From: Amphiscolops sp. MND2022
Taxonomy: Eukaryota
Assembly: GCA_964187785.1 (NCBI GenBank)
Contig: OZ076413.1
Span: forward strand, 48,176,001 to 48,240,000
Direction of reading: 5' to 3'
Length of the DNA: 64,000 nt
Both the position numbers and the translations under genes were made by a program. Under the pieces are notes generated by a model, which was not told where the DNA came from, ran no database searches, and worked only from the letters and a program-made list of their open reading frames with translations. This document shows positions 1 through 13,863 of the stretch, piece by piece (the first letter of the stretch is position 1; each line of letters starts with the position of its first letter).

Positions 1-265
1 GATCAAGAGTTCGATTCCTTTTTATCTGGAAACAATCCGTGGCTAGTTGTATTAGTTCTCTCACGTTTAGGTTCCAAAGGGTCTTGTGGGGATAATTGTC
101 TTCGAATAATTTCCTTGCCGCCTCTCCAAGTGACAAGTACAGTACGCTAACCACTTTTTTGTTGGCAGGGTCTTCGTCCATATCCCCCAATAAAGCTCGT
201 GCCCTTGGATTCTGCTGATCGGCATCACGGGTCAGCTCAGTGATTGAGATTGAGAATTTGGCCAT
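1..265 (-). mobile_element. Fragment of a Gypsy-type gag ORF from a second LTR family; runs off the window
   Basis: Hand translation gives an open frame MAKFSISITELTRDADQQNPRARALLGDMDEDPANKKVVSVLYLSLGEAARKLFEDNYPHKTLWNLNVRELIQLATDCFQIKRNRTLD. The LYLSLG..AR..F and CF..KRN pattern resembles the capsid region of invertebrate Gypsy gag (recalled family pattern, not a search result). Confidence 0.55.
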
Positions 266-271
266 GACGGT

Positions 272-479
272 TGTTGACAATGTTAAGGAGGAAGAATTGC
301 TGCTTTCTGCTCGCAGCGCAATGTTGACGTGGAAGTCGAATAAGAATGTAAAAGAATGAGAGGATGAAGAATGTATTATGTTGAGAATGAATTGAAGTGT
401 TTTTTCATCAACGCGTTTTCTCTCAAGGCTCATGTGGCAAGTGATGCTAGCATAGAGTTCTAGAGCTAGACTTTCAACA
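272..479. mobile_element. Possible short solo LTR or small element bounded by TGTTGA...TCAACA
   Basis: 6-bp inverted TG...CA termini abutting the gag fragment; no clean target-site duplication. Confidence 0.25.
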
Positions 480-3400
480 GGTTGTTAATACATATTCACA
501 GATAACACTTCAGTGACCTCTACCACAGTCACAATGTATAAAGACGTTTAAAAATGAATGAACTCGTTCTCCAGATAGCTTTTTGAAAAGATATCTGCCA
601 TTTCTTGTTTCTAAAGTGCCTCGCAAAACCGCAAAGTAGTCGAAAAAAGAAACTTTTTATTTATGACATTTTCAGTTAATTTCATGGGAAATAATCATGC
701 AAAAATTCCAGATGAAGGATCAGAAAGCTTCGGAAAAAAAATAACTAGCTATGCAGTACGCTTTTTAAAAAGAGCAATTCGCGTTCTAAAATCTCCCAAA
801 ACAGTTTCACAATGACATTCCATTTCAACGTTTGTGGGCAATAAAATTAGAGCAATAAAAATGATCAACAACAAATAAAAATAATCTACGGTTGGCTTCT
901 TAGAAAAGATATCTAAAGTATCGTGTTAGAAGAATCTCTCAAAAACAAACCAGAAAACTTTAAATTTTCATAGTATTTGTGAGCCTCAAATGTCCCGCTG
1001 GTCAGAGGGCGTATAGTTTGTAAGAAAATCAATGAGGTGTTAATTCAGTCCAAGACGTTTAGAAAAAACAATAGATTTTTTCTGACACAATTTAGGACAA
1101 TAAATTTTTTTATATAATTTAATAAATTTTTAATTTATTTATTGTTGGCCAGGAACAAAATGAATATTGTTTAAATGTATTTTTTACATTCGTGATAGTA
1201 ACCCATCTACCCGATATTCGTCATTTAAAACGTCATTGAAATCATAGCAGGCTTATCGATAGTTGCAAGGGAAAGATTGTTTATAAGGTTTTGGAAGGTA
1301 TCAGGAGCCAATCAGCCGATGATAAATAAGGAGCCATGAGCAAAATTTAAACTTTGTTCAATTTCATTAACAGCCTAAAACTTTTTGGCGCCTTTTTTCC
1401 TACATTGCCTGTCAGTTGCAAAGGCCAATAAGGAATAATCAGGAAGTTAGCCAAGGAAGTTTGAATGATTAATCTATGAACAAGAATGAATAATGAAACT
1501 GACAATTAGCTAGTTAATAATTTGAGCTCTAATTGAATCTCCATAATTGATTTTCATTCTTCCGAATGATTTTAGGTGTTGATTTGTCTAAAACAACGTG
1601 TCATATTGTTGATTTGCATGAAATCATTGCTCATAACTCAGTTAATTCGGACATATTCACAGTCAAAATGTGTGAAAAATGGTTTCTTCAAGGGACAAAC
1701 TCTTGCATTAGGAGTTAACTTCCTTTATGGAGAGAGATTTCTTTTTTAATTATGACAGTTTGAAAACTTTTTGTAAATTTCCTTTGAAAAATTTTGATTG
1801 TGGGGAGGAGCAGAATAGAGCCATTAACTCTTGCATGCAAACGTTTAATTTTTTGTTCTTTTCCATCAATAACATTGTCATCTCTAGTCGTATTTTTTCT
1901 GTTCAACCTCTCGGTGAATTTATTCACACTTTCTTTCGATCCTATCTCCTTTCTGACTCACAACGCCTTTTGAAACAACTTGACAAACTCTGAGCAGATT
2001 TACGTGAGCCTAGAGTACCTCCCTAGTGACGCAATATAAGCAATAAAATAAAAAAAGTCGCTTTTTTAAAAGAAAACAAGATAAAATCACATTTGGAGAC
2101 GGATGGAATCAAATGAGCGTAAAAATTCCCATGTGTGCAATCTTCGTCCGTGGTGTCATTGCTTATAAACCATTTCCCCGCCTTGTAAAGACGAGACTTT
2201 ACGGATCCCTGACAATAAAAGGGGGATTAATTCCCCGCCGATAACACTTGTGGGAGGCGTCAGCTGGCCACGCCCTTGGGCGGGAAAACAAACAAAAAAT
2301 AGCATCATATTCAACACTAAAGGGTGTAACAAAAATGTTCACGCTCTGAATTCTGGAAGAAAAATTATGGAGTAATCATGAAAAAAAAGAGATTTCTACT
2401 TCATCAAAAGAATGGGTTGGGTATATTTTACGACAGATTTTCAAATGCGTTTCATTTTTTGTGACCGCTCAAAGAACTTTAACCGATTGACGCCCTCTGA
2501 ACTTGACAATAATATCAAGTTTTGAAGGTAGTAAAATTTTCGGGATATGATTAAAGTGAAAATACCAACTTTGCCATTCAACTATGATAGACTAGCTTCA
2601 ATAATTTTTCGCATTTTTTACATTTATAAATTTATTCATATAATTATTTGGTAATTTAAATCATCAAAGCAATATTGATAATAGTATTCACAGGAAATTG
2701 TGGTAGAAATAATTTTTAGGGCATGTCAAAATGATTCTGTGGGCACAGTGCAAATAATACAATTATCCGAGGAAAAATTGAAAAAACCATGTTTCTTATC
2801 CTGTGAATCATTGTTAAACATCAATTGTGTATGTCGACATCAATTTTTATTGGACCGAAATTTCAGCGCAAACGATGCCGTTATAATGGTAATTGAAGCT
2901 TGTTACTTAATTCCCCTCTACGTAGGAATATGGTCCGAAAAGACAAGATCTCTGTTTCTTTTTAAAATAACTTTGATCAGCAATCATCATTTGGACTCGA
3001 TGACAGTCTTAAATTTTTTCCATCAAATGTTTTCAAAAAAAGTTTTCATCAAAATTCATTACTTCAATCAGTTGATAATACGTCAACATCAACTGTTAAT
3101 TTGACTTTCTGCAAAAGCGTTTATAACAAAGATTAAAGAGTTGAATTAAATTTACAACAGGCATTTATTGGAGCATTATTCGGTGTCTTAATAATTTGAA
3201 ATTTTAATTACTTCGCAAATTTCAAGTATTTGTTATGCCAAATTTTTGGTATTAAAGTATATTTTTCTTGAACGCAATTACATCAAATTTTTATAGGTGT
3301 TTTCACGAGATGATTTACCTTGATCGAAAAGACTCAAAAGTTCGGAGGTGTGATATGATTTGATTGAAGTATTTGCTATTTATCTAATTTTAATTGCTAC

Positions 3401-6113
3401 CAATAACAAATTTCTCTTTATGCTCACCAAATTGCAAGATTTGATCAAAGAACCCACACTGACAGACGAAAAAACTTGATTCAATTGATCCTCTGCAGTA
3501 GCAGTATATTTTTGGACGGCTGTAGTTAACTTTTCAAATTTTGAACGACAAAAATATACAATATTCTAAAGTTTGCACATTCAATTGCATGTTGAAAAGA
3601 AATCATAATTACCATGATTATTTTTCAACAGTTCTAGTTGAAACTACCAAATTTTTTTAAATTCCAAAACTTCTATGAGACCACGCAGGCAACAGAACAT
3701 TTAGGGATTGTGATCAGCAAATACTTCTCTGCGGGTTACAAAAATCTGACAGCACTTCAAAATGCTTCAAAAGGCTGTAGTTCGAAAAAATGGAAAAAAC
3801 AGTTGATGCAGACTATCTATCAAAAACGCTATAAAAATGATGAATGAAACATTTCCCCACTCTCAACTGTAGCAATTTGCAAGAAACAACTGTTCTTTTC
3901 TCTGAACACCAAATCTAAAACAGCTGCTGAAAAGAAAACCAGATGACGACAAAAAATCCTAAGAAGCTTACACCTACACATGCCAATAAGTGAATAACTC
4001 GTCTCTTACTAACATCGTTAGAATTTTTAGGTTTCTAATCAAATATTTATTTTGGAAAAGGAAACTTGATTCGATTTTCAAAAATAATGTACAAAAAAAG
4101 AACAAAAATGTTGGAGCCGTTATGAAATTTAATGGAAAAACATGTCAAGATTACAAAAACAACAACTCCACTAGTCTCTGTCAGTTGTTACTTCAGAAAC
4201 CTCGCTTGTTGAAATTGTTTGAACTTTTTGCACGTTCTTTGAAGCTGCGAAGATTTTTCACTGTGTTTTCTAAAGTCTTAATGAAGCTGTCATGCGAAAA
4301 TCTTCCCAGTCTGTATTCGATTTCTATCAAGCTGTTAGGAAGACGCATCCTAAAATTGACGGCAAATTGAAGCCTTGAAGTTTTGCAGGTTCCAATGAGG
4401 TTTACACGCAACAATTATTTTATCATTTTTCACAGCCATTTTAATGCCAACTGAATTCATTCACTATGTGTACAACAAACTAGTGTCATCTTCAGTGTGC
4501 TATTTGCTAAGCGGTGATCATATCAGATGAGTATTCGAGAAATCAAAGTGTGAAAACTACATTATCGTGTTGTTTGCGAAGAGAGAAATATTTGGATTGA
4601 AGTAACAACTGCACTGCAGTGCATTCCTACCACAATTACTACCCGAAAATCACGGATTTGTTTAAGTTTTTCAAAACAATTGCTCTGCGTACAAGCCTGC
4701 AACATGTAACCAATTCCACCACTCTCAAAAAGGTTCCCAGTGCAGAATATCTTGAAACTCGTGCCAATAATTAGCTTGCTCTCTCTTGAACATTACAGTT
4801 TCACTCCTGTAGTAGTCTAACGAAAATAAATAAATTCCAGAAGAAACTTTCTTTCATCTTATTTTCATCAAGAAAGAGTTTCAACTTTCTATTTATTTTT
4901 CCAAATCTCCTACGCAATCTTCCAAGCATTAATCTTTTTTGTTGTTTTCAATTTTCGTCAAGCTTTCCGAAAGATGCATAAACCAATTAACTGATATTTC
5001 AACCCGTGAAGTATTGCTGGTTCCATCACGAAGCAGTTTTTTTGTTAAAAGCAACTAAGGTGTTATCAATTTTACTATTGATGCAAATTTACTTCGTTTT
5101 CAATATAACTTGCTAACTAACATCAATTTCGGATAGCTAGCTATTTGGAAAACGGTGATTACATAAGGTGAAAAGTTGAAAAATCAAAATAAAAAAATTG
5201 TGATTGTGTTATTATCGACTGTGGAATTTTTGCGATTATAATTTCACGAGTGGAAATTGCAGTGTAGTCCTACAAGATTTATTGCCGGAAGCTTACTGAA
5301 CTTTCTACGTATTTTCATTAAATACGCTGCATGCAGGCCTGTATCGTGTAAAACGTTCCAGAAGTCTCGACGCTGGTTGAGCCGCAGTTGCTGATTGGTT
5401 TTGTTACTAAACCTCTTTACTGTTCACATTATTTGATCATTACAGTGCGTCTGCAAGCTTTTTCTGAGCGTTTTGCGGAAATCAGGACACGAAGTCTCGG
5501 AAACCGAGACGCGTGCACTGAATTCATTCCCCTTTGATGTCGATTGCCTTAGCTTCTTTTGAAGTTGAAATCTTACTTTCCGAAATTTAATGGGGCCAAT
5601 TAATTGCCACTTATGCCAGGCCTCAATAGAGCAAATTATGTAGAGAGCAAATAGTGCAACGTGTCTCAGATTCCAGAATTTTTTTCAGTAGAGTAACTCA
5701 TACACCTACATTCCGGAACAATTATAATATGTTTCCGCATTTTATCTCTTGAAATCAGATGAAAGTTGCTAGAAAAGATAATGTTCGGAAACAAACTTCT
5801 GTTAAATGAAGCTTCACGTTTTGACCCACAATTGGAACCTAAATAACTCCAAGTCCACACCAATTATTTTATTAAAATTTTCATTTTTTTCCAATTTCGT
5901 TAGAGTTGGTAGAAAAGTAAGCTTTTTTCTTAAGATGGTCTTTTCCATTAAATCCCCCGCAAACCCTTCCCCGGCAGTATGCGCAAAAATTTTAATTCCC
6001 CGCAACTATCAGCGATGAATTAGAGTTATAATATTCTGCTATTTGATTGATTGTTACTATTAATTCAATTATAATTTTTATTGAACGCCTAACTGAATAA
6101 TATAAACAATTTC

Positions 6114-6160
6114 CACTATAGTATAGTATAGTGTATATTATAGTATAGTCTAGTATAGGT
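6114..6160. repeat. (ATAGT)n microsatellite, with shorter echoes near 6230 and 6340
   Basis: actatagtatagtatagtgtatattatagtatagtctagtatag. Confidence 0.7.
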
Positions 6161-6864
6161 AACCTGAATCGTTTCTAGTGCATTCTAGTTGACTTTTTTA
6201 ATCAAATTGTCATTGTCATAGAATGTTCCACCATAGTATAGTAAAGTATTGAAAAATTTTTCTTTTTCATTTTTTCCAAATTCATTTTCAAATTTCATTT
6301 TTTTTCAAATTCAAATGCAGTTGGTATAATTGTAGTACCATAGTATAGTAGAGTCTTGAATTATATTTATCACCAAAACAAAGATGAAAGGAAGAGAAGC
6401 CGACAGTTTTACGAAAAGGGAGACATTGATTGTAACTTGTTTGTGGTGATTGATTTTGTATTTACTCTCTGGCTTATTAAATTTGATTTCGGCTAATTAA
6501 AACGTAAGTGGAAACTAAGACGCTAAAATTTACAGCCATCTGGTTGGTTATAATGCATTTTGTGGAATCCAAGACACGAATTTGGCGGCATCTTGTCGGC
6601 ATTTGTCGGCATATTTTTGGTCCCAATTTCCTCAATTTGAAACCGGCTAACGTATTAACCCATGCCCTCGGATTATGAAAAACGCCATTTTTTGTGGCGT
6701 GAATACCGCAAAATCAGTGCTAAATTGCCAATTTTACAAGTTTTAAGACATGTCTGCGGAATCGGAGGACATACACGAACAGAAAAGTGTCTGTGGCGAT
6801 TTAGCTTGCAGATGCACTGTAATGAAAGTCTCGAATTGTATGAAAAATGGAGTCTTTCAGTCAA

Positions 6865-7348
6865 TTGAGAGAAAATGCTCCATTTGACTATGTGAAGGAT
6901 CATTTTGTGGAATTAATAAACGTAGAAAGTCAAATAGTTTGCTATCAGTAACAATCGATAGAACTCGACTGAAAAGGCGTTCGCTCAAAAATGCTGTCAT
7001 CAAAACCTATAACTGGTTGAAGTCATGTGATCTGGTGCCTCAGAATGTTGAATCAATAACAAAGGCTCAAGTGAAGTCCCATCGTCAAATTATGGAGGTA
7101 TTTATACCATACAATAAAGAACTCTTCGACTTATTCTACATCTGAATAACGAAACTACTACTAAACGTATCATTTATGAATTGACTACAAGCATTAAAAA
7201 GAAAGGAAATACGGGGTATCTTCAAGAAGTTGATGTTGGTTCTCTAGGGCGAAGACAATTGAAGAGCCAATCAGCTCATTCATTGTCCCTTTTGTTTGTA
7301 TTGTGCATTGCTTATGTAATGATATACAAATGAATAAATGAATTCTTC
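6865..7348 (+). mobile_element. 5'-truncated LINE copy (ORF2 C-terminus and 3' UTR), same family as 36858-40095
   Basis: Colinear with 39600-40095 (VTIDRTxLKRRSLKNAVIKTYNWLKSCDL). Ends in aatgaataaatgaattcttc and is flanked by the direct repeat TTCAGTCAA (6856-6864 and 7349-7357). Confidence 0.9.
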
Positions 7349-8727
7349 TTCAGTCAAAAACGCGTGAATTGGTGCTCGATTCTCATTGCGTAAGCATCAT
7401 TGTAGTGTGATGTGAAGTTTCATAATTTTCTGCAAAATCGGATTGACAATTGAATATACATATACGTATATGCATATTAAATTAACTACGTCAACTTATT
7501 CTCATATACCATTTGATAACAACTTCACAAACTTCAGGCATGGGAGTAAAATGGGAAACATAAAATAAAAACAATGCTTTCATTTTCTTTCAAAACCAAA
7601 GGTTTTCCAAAAAGGTATCCTTTATTGGGTATGAATTACGCATATATTGATTTTCACGTGTATCATGATTCAATTCAAAATGAAGAAGTTTTCACCACCG
7701 GCAACTCTCAATTCGGAATTATTACCGCAAACACTGTCATTCTTTGTTCTTAAAATAGCAAAATGCATCCCCCAGAGCATGCGTTTTCTTTATTGTTAAA
7801 AGTTTCAATGAAGATATTTTTTTCAAAAACTGTTGCAGCAAACTTCATTTTTTGCCTAAAAGAGTAATTTTAGAGCTTCCATTCAAGAACTAGATGACTG
7901 TTATAGGGATAAATTTTCAAACCTCGTCGTAATGTTGGTAAAACATTGCAAGATAAAACTGAAAATAGGAAACTTAATCAGCATATAAATCGCCTAGGAG
8001 GAGCTCCTTGCACATATGGGGAACAGCTTACGGCAGTGATGTGAAATAAACATCAAAAAAGATTGTGTATCTGGAAAATCTGCAAACAGTTTTGAAGGCA
8101 GCAAAACCTATGGCAACGGCGGGAAAAAATTGATGGTTACGCGACCAAATGTGGTCATCAGCAGAGTGCATAAGCAAGGAAGTGATAACGCCTCTGCTGT
8201 TAAAATTGCGTTGCCATGCCAACGGGAGGTTTAAGGAAAGAATGAATTTTGAAAGCTTTCATTCAGGCAAAATTAAGGCAACAATTCAAGGCGAACAATT
8301 GGGCTTGATCAAATAAAACTAATATAATTGATAGCACAAAGCGTATTGATATGAAATCTATATCTCGCATTTCTCCAAATTTGCCCCTTGTTTGCAAAAG
8401 TACCTCCACAATGCTGTCTAATTGCCAATAAGTTGGAAAATGAAAGGTATTTGATCTACCAATTTCTAAGCCAGGGAGTGATTATAACATGTAAAAAATG
8501 ATATAACAAAGCGCAATAAGAAAGATCGTTAGATGGTGCTGTTTTTATTTTACAAATTACTGATTATTGTAATTTATTTCTTTAAATTTTTTTTGAGAAA
8601 ATATTCTGCTCTGTACAGCAAAAGCAAAACTCAATTTTTGGTTGCCAATTTTACCACAAAACAATTCCTGGTCGTTAAAAAGTGCTATTTGTAATGTAAA
8701 AACGTAAAGAAGCCGCGAAAATATCAA

Positions 8728-9764
8728 CCCGGGTCGACCCTCCATGGATATCTTAGTAAGATCTTGGCAAGATCTTGGAAAAATCTTAGCTAAGATCGTG
8801 ACAAGATATTGCCAAGAATTGCAAGATGCCATGGTAAGATCTTATCAAGAGATCCATGTTTCCAAGAAAAATCTTACTAAGAAGCCCAATATGGCAAGAA
8901 AAATCTAACTAAGAAGCCGAATATGGCAAGAAAAAAAATGCTACGAACTGCTCGATATCGAGAAAAAGTAGAATCAGAAAACCATTAAATTAAGAGTTAT
9001 GAAAAAATAATCTAGACATCACTCAAAACAAAATTACTGAATGATTTTTACAACCATTTCGATACCGATATTGTTCTTCCATTGCAAAACTGTCGCCAAT
9101 GACGGCGTCAGAAAAGCCTTGAGCTGAATCATTACCCAAATTAGAGCAATGACAGCCGTTTCTAGCAGTAATAAGGCTGCTGAAACAGGCTTAAAGAGAG
9201 CTGGAATTATGATTTCTACAAAAATTTCAGGATTTTAAGGTCTTTTCTTTGTAACTTTCCGATAGTGGGTCTGGATGTTTGAGGGCATATTTCTCCGCCT
9301 CTGGAATCGACAGGAGTGATAAAGTACAAGTTTTGGAAAGCCCTTGAAATGGCCTTTCATTTGGTACATTCGCATTTCTCAGTCCTAAACAGGTGAGCAG
9401 TTATTAGGATTCTCGTCAAAATTTTGGAAGCCAGACTACGTTATCGTAATTTTTCACGCATTTTTGCATGCAAAATTTTTTCAGCAGGTTTAGGCATTTC
9501 CATTATGAAAACGAGTAGAAATAGTCGTTGTTGGGTGAAATGAGCCTTTAGATTGAGTCTCGGCTGCTTGTACCGAAGGTATAGTGTTTTTTTATAATCT
9601 TAAAATTTTGTCCATCGTGATAAGATACGATCTTGGAATAAGTATTATCTTAGTAAGATCTTAATAAGAATCTTGCCATGGGATCCATGGTTTCCAAGAT
9701 GTAGTAAGAATTTGGCAAGATCTTGCTAAGACAGCCAAGATGCTAGTAAGAGGGTCAACCCGGG
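8728..9764. mobile_element. Non-autonomous TIR DNA transposon (MITE-like, possibly CMC/EnSpm type)
   Basis: TIRs CCCGGGTCGACCCTC / GAGGGTCAACCCGGG, dense subterminal AAGATCTT repeats at both ends, flanked by AA/AA. Confidence 0.8.
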
Positions 9765-11509
9765 AAAGTCAGAGGATTGTTTGATGAAAGAATAGAAGGA
9801 AAAGTTTTTTCTTTAAAAGCCAAAAACTCTTATTCTGATCTTTAGGAACATTAAGGAGTACTTAAGCAACATCGATAATGACTGCCGGAAAATTGCCGTT
9901 TAAATTTTGCATTAGCGCCATGGCCTGTTTTTAAGCTGTGATTTTTAAATTCATTTTATCAGAGCGATTCAATTCACCCAAAAAGGTACCGAATATTTTA
10001 AAATGAAGAATTATTATTCTAAATTCTGAATTTTTTGCAACCTTGAAACACCCTGATGTGGTGTCAAGATGCAGGGTAGTTTCTAGAATGAGTGTTTACG
10101 TAGCCTTTTTGATGTGAATTCTCGGACTTCTTTAAAGTCTTTGATGTCTTGCACCGAAAGCAGTATGCTGAGCTAACATTGTAGATCAAAAGGCCATTAC
10201 TGTCATCAACCTCTGGGCATCTTGAAATGATTCGTTGCAATCTCAGAGATACAGAATTGATTAGGTATTGGTACATACACACATAGCAATACAGACAAAA
10301 TGCCATAAATTACTTTACGGATCATATAAAAATTTTATTATTGCGCCGGCTTTATAATACCTGGAGGTGACACCATGACTGGTGTGTTAGAGTGCCGGAT
10401 AGAAGCCAAAGACTTGTGACCTGAAAAAGTGGCAGCAAAAAAAAACATTTTGAAATGATTTCACGCAAGAGAGCGTTGTTCAGCCGGAATTTAATCACAC
10501 ACACCAGGTAACTGTTCACGTGGAACTGCTCTTTGCATAATATTTGTTCATCAAAGTGATGAGTAAGATTGGGAATCAGGGAAGAAAATGTTTGTTAGCA
10601 ATGACTGGTATTTGGAAGTGAAATAGAAGCACGAATTTTGCCATTTTACGCAGTCTGGGCATACCTATATACCATGAACCAAAGTCTGATACAGCTTGAC
10701 ATGTAGCTTTTTTGAAGCGGATGACAGATAAAAAAAGCGTTATTTTTGGTTTGATCATTTTCATACCCTTGGCAAGAAAGTGATGAAATGAAAGAACTCG
10801 ATGGTACTGATTTCAAAAAAAGATCCCACCCATAACTTGCTTTGATCGACATGAAGTGTGATCACAATCAGAAAAACTGTTCGAGAGCTTTTCTCTTTGA
10901 TGTGACAAGTGATCTCCAAACGTTTGCTGATGAACCAAGGCTTTGTTCGAAAACAGAAGAATCAAAGAGTGATTGTGACCGCCTCATGAACTTAAGGGCA
11001 CTTGGTGCATCACAAAAATCGGCTAAAGAGGATTCTGTAATTTGAATGAGTGTTCTGTCAATCGCTACAAGAGGCGAGAGAATTCACAATTTTGCAGCTC
11101 AATTTTGTGAAGCATATAAAACAATTTGAGAAACGAACCAATATTAAAATTTAACGAAAAATTATTACGCTTTTCGAATACTCGGACCGATGAAATTGTT
11201 CTCTGATAAAACTCTTTTCCCGTCCAGATTGGATTGTTTTTTACCTCTTAACGTAAAAGTTGCTATTCTCCTTTCCAATAAAATAAACTTTTCTTCTTTC
11301 TGATAAAAAAATTTCCTTGAACAAGTGCCTTGTTCCCAAGATTTGTCAAACTCAGTAGCAAAAAAAGGTTGAAAATAATTTCGGTACATGATGGTTGTAC
11401 CATCTCTTGAAAATATTTTAGTTGTGAAACAATGTTTTCATGAGAAGAATTACTGTTTAAATAATTGACAATGAAAATTTTTTATTGCCCCTTAAGTTTG
11501 CATTAAGTA

Positions 11510-11605
11510 TCCCGGCTCACCCTCTCAATAACATTTTGGCTGCCGTGGCAATATCTTGTCAAACACTTTCCACATGTTGGCTGTCATGGATCTCATGACA
11601 AGCTA
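11510..11605. mobile_element. Degenerate terminal fragment of the 8728-9764 MITE family (another remnant at about 30800-30970)
   Basis: cccggctcaccctctcaataacattttggctg...catggatctcatgacaag aligns with the reverse complement of 9675-9764. Confidence 0.6.
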
Positions 11606-11849
11606 GCTAGTTACTAAGACCTAGCAACTATATAGATATTTATATAGATATGTATTTCGTTAAACCCGAGATCGAGTCTTGCATAGATGAAAATGGCGGT
11701 AAAATAAATAAGGTCCGAGTTGCATTTTCAAAAAAAAACAAATTGTATACTAAAACTGGCAAACCTTCATTGCTCTCTATACCCGCCGAATTTTTATTGA
11801 ATTTTTTACCCAGCATGATAAAGTTCATCTGAAACAGTGAACTCCCGAA

Positions 11850-13335
11850 CGTTTCCATACAAGAGGGCGACGAAATAGCCGAAAAATGAAAATCCCCTCG
11901 AAGACGCCCTGGAGGCTGCACTCAACAGCCACAGGAAAACGGTTACCAGGTATCGACTCGAAAGTCACGAGTGGCTACCCATTAACAAGTCCAAAAAATA
12001 CAACACACAGTGGACAAATCGGAAAACCGGAGCAAACAAGAAACCGATAACTGTTCAGCAAAATGGATAAACTGTTCGTATTCGTCTCAGAACTCCTAAC
12101 CTGAAGCACAAAACAGGATGAATAGATGTCAGCAAAAATGTTCTCAGCAAAAATGAGTACAACTACCTCCCAGTGGACTGGTACTTCTCGGAAGACGGGC
12201 TTTCAAAACGCTTTGGCTTGCTACTATTTAACGCAATCAGGAACATGATTGAAGATGTCGTCCAAGCATTGTCGCAAGTAAACTCTTTGACCTCAACTTC
12301 CTTCAAGTGCAAGAGTAAAGTTCCACAATTAAGTGGCTAAAGCGAAGAAAGTCATACTGCACGTTAATAGAGCAAATTCACCAGCCGATACGGTAATAAG
12401 CTCCTGAGACCTTCGCTTCAAAATAACCAAACTTCCTAGAATTTGAAGCGTCAATGGTACCTTTTTCAGTGCAAACAAAATCAAAGACTTTTGCAAAGGA
12501 AAAACAATAGAAACTATACCCGGGCTTCTAAAATTATTCACCTCTACCGGTCTACTAAAAAGAACTACTCAAACTATAAAAAATGTTAATCGAATAAACA
12601 TCGAAGACGGAAAACGCCAAACGAAAAACTTCCATCTAGCATATGGATCGGATCAATTGAAACAACAATTTGTAGTAGGCTGGGAAAATCATCGTCAAAA
12701 ATACATTACGTTAGTGATGCATAGAAAGTTACAATGTTCTCAGTAGCAGCAAACAAATGCTTGATTGGTTAGGATCCTATTCTAATTTTCCCAATATTAT
12801 TCAGCCAACCTTAAAGATTGCTGCCCACGCTGAAAATGGAGAACCGAGGGACCTTGTCGTAATCTCATGAAGGATATCTGCCGCGAAGGCCAGAAGAAAC
12901 AAGAGCCCAGAAAGCTTGCTAACAACCGTTAGTAAACCACCATTCTGGTGGTATGAAAAGAACCCGAAACATATAACAGAAAGATCATGCAAAAAATCTC
13001 CCGTAACATAGTAGAGCAAATCGATCATGCCAGTCTTACGGGGAATGGAAGAAGATTACACAGAAAATTAGTATCAAAACCATTGAATTTGACCACTGGA
13101 ATGAAAACCATTGAAGTGACAGCTGTAGAGTAAAAAGACAAGAGACCGGGTTTCCCAGTGGTTCATTCCGAAGTCTCTGTTCGCACTGAGAAAAACCGAG
13201 CAACGATGATAGATGAAGGCCGAGATGAAAGCCAAAACACAATCAGCGAGCTGATCAGATGAGAGTTATTTAAGAATCAGAACGGAATAGAAGTCCTGCA
13301 CTAAAATACGTTGCTATACCTTACGTCCTAGAAAA
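11850..13335 (+). mobile_element. Possible heavily decayed LTR-retrotransposon remnant
   Basis: A-rich, coding-like composition. ...CCATACA followed by PBS-like GGCGACGA at about 11865; ends with RYTLRPRK-stop, similar to the YxLRP C-terminal motif of Gypsy pol. No intact domain. Confidence 0.25.
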
Positions 13336-13764
13336 TAAAGATGAGTAAGTTTAAATTGCTACAGGAGTAACTGAACCTTTAACTCCCATATCAGTGAATT
13401 TGGACATTGGCAGGAGTGGACTACGGCACTTCTCTACTATTGGGAAGTATAGTACAGACCGGAACCGAACACAAACTATTATGAACTTTAACCGCCGTTG
13501 AGACTGGTGATACCTTTATTAGCAACTAATTACATCAGGAGATGGATGATTGGTGTGAGGGGCTGTTTGTTACTTGATACTATGCCGTCATTGAGTGCTA
13601 TTCTTAGAGATAGACGATAGCGCACTTCAGTATTTCACACTGGTCTTTTATTCGTTTCATTCCTGTTAAAACTAGTTAGAAACTCAGAAGACAACACAGA
13701 TGTTGAATTCTATGTAAATGAGCCCAATTGTTGGGGTTTAATGGTAGTATTGTTACTGACAAAC

Positions 13765-13863
13765 CTTGCTCACAAACATCTGTGAAAATGAAGTATTGGG
13801 AGCACCTCTGCAGACTGTGATTCCCAGTTTCTCCTCCGCTTTTGCTTTTTCAAGGATCACTTC
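13765..13863 (-). CDS. PDZRN-like exon 7 (start of PDZ2); not in the ORF track
   Basis: gtttag|EVILEKAKAEEKLGITVCRGAPNTSFSQMFVSK|gtttgt; 99 nt. Confidence 0.85.

Noticed and set aside
2700..5100. Possible ancient DNA-transposase remnant and 126-134-aa ORFs
   Set aside because: Only vague coding-like texture; no motif I can support.
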